The position numbers and the translations under genes are program-made. A DNA stretch of 63,066 nucleotides, counting the filler, from Reticulomyxa filosa (taxonomy: Eukaryota; Protista; Foraminifera): NCBI GenBank assembly GCA_000512085.1. It is 11 parts of 11 records of this genome, joined end to end, with 100 filler letters (N's around TTAATTAATTAA, not from the genome) between each part and the next. Parts side by side here need not be neighbours in the genome. Positions count along the whole stretch, not along the records: positions 51,825 to 59,992 come from ASPP01026075.1; positions 60,093 to 61,401 come from ASPP01013915.1; positions 61,502 to 63,066 come from ASPP01021246.1; 8 more parts are not named here. The stretch is one strand, 5' to 3'. Of this stretch, positions 56,517-63,066 are shown one piece after another (the stretch's first letter is position 1; each line of letters begins with the position of its first letter). The notes beneath the pieces were generated by a model that had not been told where the DNA came from, made no database searches, and saw only the letters and a program-made list of their open reading frames with translations.

Positions 56517-58039
56517 TATCGTTTTTTCATCAATATAAATTCTTGCGTGAATAATAAAGTTGCAAATATAGATTTCATTTTTGTCTACTTTGGAAATACT
56601 TCAAAAGTTATACAATACCCTTGTAACAGGAGATAATGCTTGTGAATTACATTACATTCATGAAAAAGGAACATTCTGGTTATCCTTTTATGAATATATT
56701 CAAAATTAATGAAAAAGGAAATATAGTAGAATAAAACAAAAAAGAATAAAGATAATCTTAAAAACCGCAATGCATTAAAAATTGAAAATAAGCCAAATTA
56801 CTGAAACAAAACAAAAATTCAAGTGATAACATAATATTTCCATCATGAATTTTGCAATGGATATAAAATTTAGTGAAATGCCATTTTTTATATCTATTTT
56901 ACAGTAATAAATACATTTCTTTTACATTTAACTCATTCAAATTAAAAGTTGCATAAATCTCTTTTAATTTCTCTCTTGCACCAACATAAATTTGATTGCA
57001 ATTTCCCCATGTTTGTGATATTGTTGTTTTTTTCAAATGTGTTGCCGAAATGTTTGACTAAATTCATCAAAAGATGTTGTTGTTGTAAATTTGTGCTGTA
57101 TTAAATATGTAAAGCAATTATTTGTTTAAAAGCAGAAAGGGAATGCAAAGAAATTTTTTGCAACGTGTTATAAGTTAGTCATGTTAAGACAGTCTTTGTC
57201 TCTTCAACATTTTCACCACACCAGTTAAATGCCTCTAAAATGCTCTCTTTACCTATCTTGAGAAACGTTTATTGAAATCGTGCGAGCATGATAAGAAAGT
57301 TAGCTTCAAAACAAGTCTTTTTTTTACTTTTGAAGGTTCAGAAATACTACAAATGAAAAAATGTTTAATTGTATCACAAAGAATTGATAAGATAGATTTA
57401 AACTTCTTTTGATTTTTTGGGTTGTATACTTTTATTTTGAGATTTTTGTGATGGCAACTCTAATTTTGTTAAATGAATCAAAATACTGTTGACATCTACA
57501 TTGAAAATCCCTTTGAAACATTACTCTCTTTGCCCATTCTATTTCGAAGCTCTCAACATGTGGTTTACCAACACAAAATTTTCATTTGTTGAGTTTATTT
57601 AAAACATGATTGCTATAACTAAAAAATGAGCACAAATGAATTTGTTTTTTTCCATATAGTGCCATTTTGGAAGGAAATTGTGCTATGCGAAAAGAAATGT
57701 CAATGAATTGTTACTTTTGCTATTTCAGGGTCAAAAGACGTACCAAGCTAACAAACTTTTTTGATAATCGAACATTCTATTTCTTATCACTCAGGACCTT
57801 GTATTTTAAAAACACTTTATCGTTTCCATATTACAATTTTTCCTTGCTCACTATGTGTCATAGTCATATTATCATCTGGTGAAATATTAAGCCTACGAGG
57901 TGAATGAAAGGGTGCTAGTTTCTGTTGTATTTCAGGTAACCTAGTCTACGAACTCGTCTTCTTTGATTGCTATGTTTTAATTCGTTAAAACTGCCGAAAT
58001 TCCTTGTTTTCCAACTTGTCATTTGTAATGATCGTGGAT

Positions 58040-58990
58040 AAATTGTCAACACTATTCCAAAAAGATGATATAACTTGGACAAACTTGCTGTCAATTACAG
58101 TAAAATGCAAAGTAAAGTTGACACCTAAAACGGCGCCTTATATAGATAATTGATTTTCTTCATGAAAATACAATACTCACACATAATTTTTTTTTTTTTT
58201 TAAAAAATATATATAAATCGTGTAATTTTTAAATATCATTTTGAATTTAGTTTTTTATTACATTTTTCCTAATTGTTTAAAAAATTGTAATATTTTATTG
58301 ATTTGAAAATTTTCGAAAAAATTTACAATTGTGACTGTGTCGTAACCGTGAAATTTGCCACCTTTTTTTTAAGCATTTCAGAAAGTGTTCAATGCGTAAT
58401 CATTTTCAAAAAAAATAAAAATGATTAAAAAACACAAATATCTAACTATACTGAGCTAAAAAAAAAAAGGACAAAATATTGAAGTAATTATTAAAAATTT
58501 AATAAAAAACTAAATTCAAAATGATATTTAAAAATTACACGATTTGTATATATTTTTTTCAAATAAAAAAAAATTAGGTCTGAATGTTGTTTTTTCATGA
58601 AGAAAATCAATTATCTATATAAGGCGCCGTTTTAGGTGTCAACTTTATTTTGCATTCTACTGTATGTTATGTTTTAATTTTTTAATTTTCATTTGAGACA
58701 TGCATTGCTATTACTGTAATACTGTTGAACACAGATTGTCGCTGCTATGTTTTCCTCGTTTTGTTCATCATCTAAATTACTTAAAATCTTCCATGAACAT
58801 ACTGATTGTGTAAGTAGTATTTATTACTCAATAATCGACAATGATCAGCTGCTATGTTTTGGATCATTTGACGGAACAGTTTGTATATGGAATATAGAGA
58901 CCAACAAACAAGTTCAATCATTCGATGAACGTTTATATTCTGTGTATTGTGAAATTTTCACAATACTGTTATCACAATAACAGCAATCAC
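58040..58990 (+). pseudogene. WD40-family pseudogene (copy 5) interrupted by a MITE
   Basis: The leader remnant LDKLAVN/YV is split by the insertion; the downstream exon SSSKLLKIFHEHTDCVSSIYY...FGSFDGTVCIWNIETNKQVQSF is then truncated. Confidence 0.8.
58098..58662. mobile_element. MITE (non-autonomous Tc1/mariner/pogo-type), 565 bp, ~170-bp TIRs, TA target-site duplication
   Basis: Left end TA|CAGTAAAATGCAAAGTAAAGTTGACACCTAAAACGGCGCCTTATATAGATAATTGATTTTCTTCATGAAAA; the right end reads the reverse complement ...TTTAGGTGTCAACTTTATTTTGCATTCTACTG|TA. No ORF inside. Confidence 0.92.
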
Positions 58991-59174
58991 GTCATTTATT
59001 CCCGTAAAGTTATGTAGTTTAATACTTTTTTTAGGACAGTCGAGCTAATTTTTTATTTTTGGAAAGTTTTTTTAAAAAAGCTTTTCAATTAACAGTCAAG
59101 ATTTTTAGTGTAGCTTTTTTGGTTCCTCCCCTCCATAGACTTAAAAAAAAAAGATAATGCTACTAGCCAGCGGA

Positions 59175-59940
59175 ATGATGAACAGCATATTTTGGTTGTG
59201 TCATCTTTTACTTTTTTTTGTTGTATAGTGTCGCATTTGCCTCTCATAGTGATGGGCAACAGCTATACCCTTGGCACACGAATAGTCCTAACCTATAATT
59301 CCACTGCATTTGCTGGCCCTAATGTCACATTGGGTTTGGAGTATTTGAATAAGACGGTGATTGCAACATTATCAATTGGCGAGGTTAGTGTTCTATCTCT
59401 CTCTCTCTCTCTCTCTTCCGTTTTTTTTTTTTTAGTAAAACAGACTGTGTGTTATTTGAACGGTGTTGGATCCATGGCGGACTATTGATGGAAAAAAAAA
59501 AAGTTTGAAAACACAGGATCTATCAATGCAATCCCAGACTTTACAAACAAGACAGCGCAGCTGGCAGTTCCAAACGGGACGATCGGGAACTTTTTTGTAG
59601 CGGCGTACGACCACGAACGAATATATTTTCCAGTCATGACCGTCTATCAGCCATTGACCATCACGAGCACACAAAGCTACACAGCTGCAATTGGAAGTGC
59701 ATATCCGATGGTGGTGCAGCTCCAATGGGATATCGTCCAAAGTGTTGTCTATTTCGATTGGGATATTGATATCGTCACGTTTTGAAACTCTCTCTCTTTT
59801 TTTCTGAATACATATATATATACATATATATATATATATATGTATATATATATGTACAAATATCTTTTAACAAAGTGCAAGTGACAATGATTTAACCACC
59901 AACGCAAAGAGCTACGTTATTACCACCTCACCTACTAAAA
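59175..59940 (+). CDS. Hypothetical secreted beta-rich protein fragment with several apparent frameshifts
   Basis: Hydrophobic N-terminus and coding-like exons (GTRIVLTYNSTAFAGPNVTLGLEY; TITSTQSYTAAIGSAYPMVVQLQWDI). Confidence 0.35.
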
Positions 59941-60092
59941 GTTTGTATACGTTACCAAATTCCTCCTTCTTATTTTTTTTTTTTTTTTTTTTNNNNNNNN
60001 NNNNNNNNNNNNNNNNNNNNNNNNNNNNNNNNNNNNTTAATTAATTAANNNNNNNNNNNNNNNNNNNNNNNNNNNNNNNNNNNNNNNNNNNN

Positions 60093-61054
60093 CCGCGACG
60101 GTGGCAGGTTTTGACCAGTTGCAGCGCGTACGAGCGCATGAACGGCACCGTCATGGTGATGCGTTCGCGGTCGGCCAGGCAGAAATCGCGGCTGTGGCCA
60201 AAGGTGCGGATGCAGCTGAACAGGTAGTCCCAGCGGCCGGCATTCAGCCCGGCGCAGTGCTCGCGCAGCGCGTACAGGATCTCGTCCATCTCGAATGCCG
60301 CCAGGATGTGTTCGATCAGTACCGTGGCGCGGATGGTGCCTACCGGTAAATCCAGCGCTTGCTGTGCCAGCACGAACACATCGTTCCATAGCGCGGCCTC
60401 GTGGTGGTTTTCCAGCTTGGGCAGGTAGTAGCAGACGGGTTGGCCGCGCGCGTGCAGCAGGCGGGCGTTGTGGAAAAAGCTGAGGCCGAAATCGAACAGG
60501 GCAGCGCTGACGGCACGGCCATCAACGCGCAGGTGTTTTTCCTGCAGGTGCCAGCCGCGCGGGCGCAGCATCATCAGCGCGGTACGTTCGTTCAGGCGGT
60601 AGGGCTGGCCGTCCGGGCCGGGGTGGCTGAGCGTGCCGGCCCAGGCATCGCACACGTTCTGGTGGCCGGCCACGATATTGCCCCAGCCCGGGCTGGTGGC
60701 ATCTTCGAAGTCGGCCATGAAGCAGCTGGCGCCGGAGTTAAGGGCATTGATCATGGCCTTGCGTTCTACCGGGCCGGTGATTTCCACACGGCGGTCGTGC
60801 AGGGCGGGCGGTAGCGGCGCAATCTGCCAGTCTGCGTCGCGGATGGCGCGGGTATCGGCGGGAAAGTCCGGTAGCTCACCGGCGTCCAGCAGCATCTGGC
60901 GTTGCTGGCGGGCGGCCAGCAGTTGCTGGCGGCGTGCATCGAACGCCCGGTGCAGGCTGGCGATGAAGGCCAGCGCGGGGTAACTGAACAATGCCTCGTT
61001 AGCTGGCCGAACCGGGGCCAGCAGCTCCACGCCTTGCGGCAGTTGCAACGCCAT
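60093..61054 (-). CDS. aceB: Malate synthase A, 5' part, on a bacterial contig
   Basis: DRRVEITGPVERK..INALNSGA..FMADFED, RPRGWHL, YYLPKLE, IRATVLIE, AGLNAGRWDYLFS. No introns, high GC, purine-rich GGAGAGAGAGAC immediately before the ATG. Confidence 0.97.
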
Positions 61055-61104
61055 GTCTCTCTCTCCGTTGGGTTGGCCGGCCTCGGGGCAGCGGCAGCCA
61101 GCTT

Positions 61105-61132
61105 GTTATGCCTGCAGTTTACCGGTAGTCAA
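61105..61132 (-). promoter_or_regulatory. Possible sigma70 promoter for aceB (TTGACT-N16-CATAAC)
   Basis: Hexamers lie ~50-80 bp upstream of the ATG, next to an AT-rich tract; motif match only. Confidence 0.3.
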
Positions 61133-61510
61133 AGTCAGGAAAAATACGTAAAAACCGATAACATTTTTTACTTTTCAGAACGTAAAGCGCCGGGCCAGTG
61201 GCAACGTATCGGCGCATTTTGTGCTGCATTTAGCGCATTGTCTTGTAGATGTGGCCAGGGTTGGTGTTGGCATTGCTACTTTTTGAAACAAAATGGCGTA
61301 GCTGTTCGAAAGGACAGCTATCTGCCGCCTTGTGGCACGGATGGGGTGTATTGCTGCGCGGTGCATTGAAATGCTGGCACGCTGTGCGCTGCATTTTGCT
61401 GNNNNNNNNNNNNNNNNNNNNNNNNNNNNNNNNNNNNNNNNNNNNTTAATTAATTAANNNNNNNNNNNNNNNNNNNNNNNNNNNNNNNNNNNNNNNNNNN
61501 NTTTTTCTTT

Positions 61511-61544
<34 letters not shown>

Positions 61545-61547
61545 AGT

Positions 61548-62300
61548 TTAACAAAACAAATCAATCCAATCCGTACATTTCCACCAACAACTGGTATAAG
61601 TGATGAGTATACGTTGTTGAGAATAGTCGATTTGTTGAATAGTAGCCCTTCGGCTGTTCCTGGCGTCGGAGTAAACAATAAAAGTCGACCCGACATGAAT
61701 GCGACTCCAATCCAAGTCATTGCGATTGTGATTGTCTTGTATCGGTTGTGAGTTGTCTTTGTTTGCATACTCATCGTTACGTACATCCGTTTTGTCGTCA
61801 TAGACCGTTTTATCCTGCTTTTTGTCTTTATAGTATATCAAGATTAAGTCATCAATGGACCCCAAGTTTCGCATTTCAATATCAAGAGTCGGTCCTTCAC
61901 CGTTACTCGAGTTCACTGTGATTACGTCGTTGTCAGAAAACTGATTATTCTGAACGTGTTCCTTTATCTCAGTAGCCCAATTCACATCACTCATTACAAA
62001 GATAATTATACCAAGTATCGCAATAATGGAGGCACCCAACATTTTTTTTTTTTTTTTTTAAGTTAGATACGTCCATATTTTTTTTTTTTGCAATTAATTT
62101 TAAAAAAATTTTTTTACCAAACAGCATCCTTTGCCCCTTCGAATGCCACGTCGCATTGATGCAGTCATTTCCTTAATGTCGGGACAAAACACATATGTGA
62201 AAAAGTGCCTAAGTGTCCTCACTATGGTTATTACCATTCCTTGAATCAAATCTCCGTACGAATATTCTTTCTCTTTTTTTTTGAAAAGTTGTCGTGATAG
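61548..62300 (-). CDS. Hypothetical membrane-anchored protein with a Tudor/chromo-barrel-like segment; multi-exon, 3'-truncated
   Basis: TM segment LGASIIAILGIIIFVM, then IHVGSTFIVYSDARNSRRATIQQIDYSQQRILITYTSCWWKCTDWID; probable upstream exon at ~62118-62290. Confidence 0.45.
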
Positions 62301-63066
62301 AAGAAAAAAAAAAGAGGCAAAGATTTTTTTAAAAAAAGTGAACTTTTTTTTTGGTAAACTTTGTTCAACCCACAGCTGTAAGTACTCAGGTTTCTTGCAT
62401 TTCATTATTTTTTTTGTATGTTTGTTTGTAATTGTTTTCATTTGTCAAACAAAACACAGAAAAAATTGTTTTGTGTAATACTTGTCCTGACCAATGACGT
62501 CCAGTTTGCAGTGATCGCGAGTAAAATCCAGTGTAACCAAGCTAAACGTATTTCGTTTTTGTAATTGTTCACGTTTTGTGTTCTTGTTTTACTTTATTTT
62601 ATTTGTTTTCTCAAACTGCTGAATTTGTTTTATTGATCGACTGCACTGCCGCAAGTGGCTGATGTTGACGAGGTTTAGATCTATGAAAACAACATAAAAG
62701 TAGAGTAAAATCTCATATTTGTAATAGAAAAGCCTTTATTTTGTAACACCTTTGACGCATTGAGCAATCTTCAATTTCACTGAACCACAAAAGTCGGAAA
62801 ACCACCCTTCTTTGAAGGCTTAGGTTTCTTGATTTTTTTAGTTAGTGCTCTTTTCCTATTCTTAAGCAGTCATGGCTTAATGTTTTAAAAAATGTGATTA
62901 AATATGTAAAACTAAAAAATAATCGAGGAATGATGTTGGATTAATGTTTGTGTTCTGTTTAACTTATCAGACTTATGTTTGATAGATATGCCAATCTTTG
63001 ATTTTGTCATGAGAAAAACAATAAAAAACTTTTATTATTGTTTTTCTCATGACAAAATCAAAGATT

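Noticed and set aside
61160-61190. IclR-type operator upstream of aceB (TTTCAGAACGTAAA)
   Set aside because: Only an imperfect palindrome in AT-rich DNA; not distinguishable from chance without comparative data.
60093-61401. aceB as a horizontally transferred glyoxylate-cycle gene of the host
   Set aside because: No host flank, no introns and fully bacterial composition; contamination is more parsimonious.

Overview
This window is not one continuous locus. It is 11 short contigs joined by ten identical artificial 100-bp linkers (N44-TTAATTAATTAA-N44), so adjacency across a linker carries no biological meaning. Ten segments are AT-rich eukaryotic DNA with many short GT-AG introns. The expanded WD40 family with a 'GWIxDFDK' leader and the intron style suggest a foraminiferan/rhizarian such as Reticulomyxa; this is inference from recall and was not searched. 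Recognisable genes: NADP-glutamate dehydrogenase (3' part), Rab8/Sec4-type GTPase, SMC4, Msp1/ATAD1 (partial), a G-alpha subunit, a PQQ-type beta-propeller protein (partial), a spliced ParA/Soj-family ATPase of bacterial type (partial), CCDC146/MBO2, VPS18 (partial), a Ded1/DDX3 helicase with a DEGD motif II, a P4-ATPase fragment, and five copies of one WD40 family in various states of decay. Mobile DNA comprises a decayed and rearranged LINE (zinc knuckle, APE, RT, RNase H) with a 249-bp inverted duplication, and a 565-bp TA-flanked MITE with ~170-bp TIRs inserted in a WD40 pseudogene. One segment (60093-61401) is GC-rich bacterial DNA carrying aceB, most likely contaminant, prey or symbiont. 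The best candidates for something new are the intron-containing bacterial-type ParA ATPase, the intron-containing PQQ-propeller protein and the MITE. I see no convincing multi-gene novel system.
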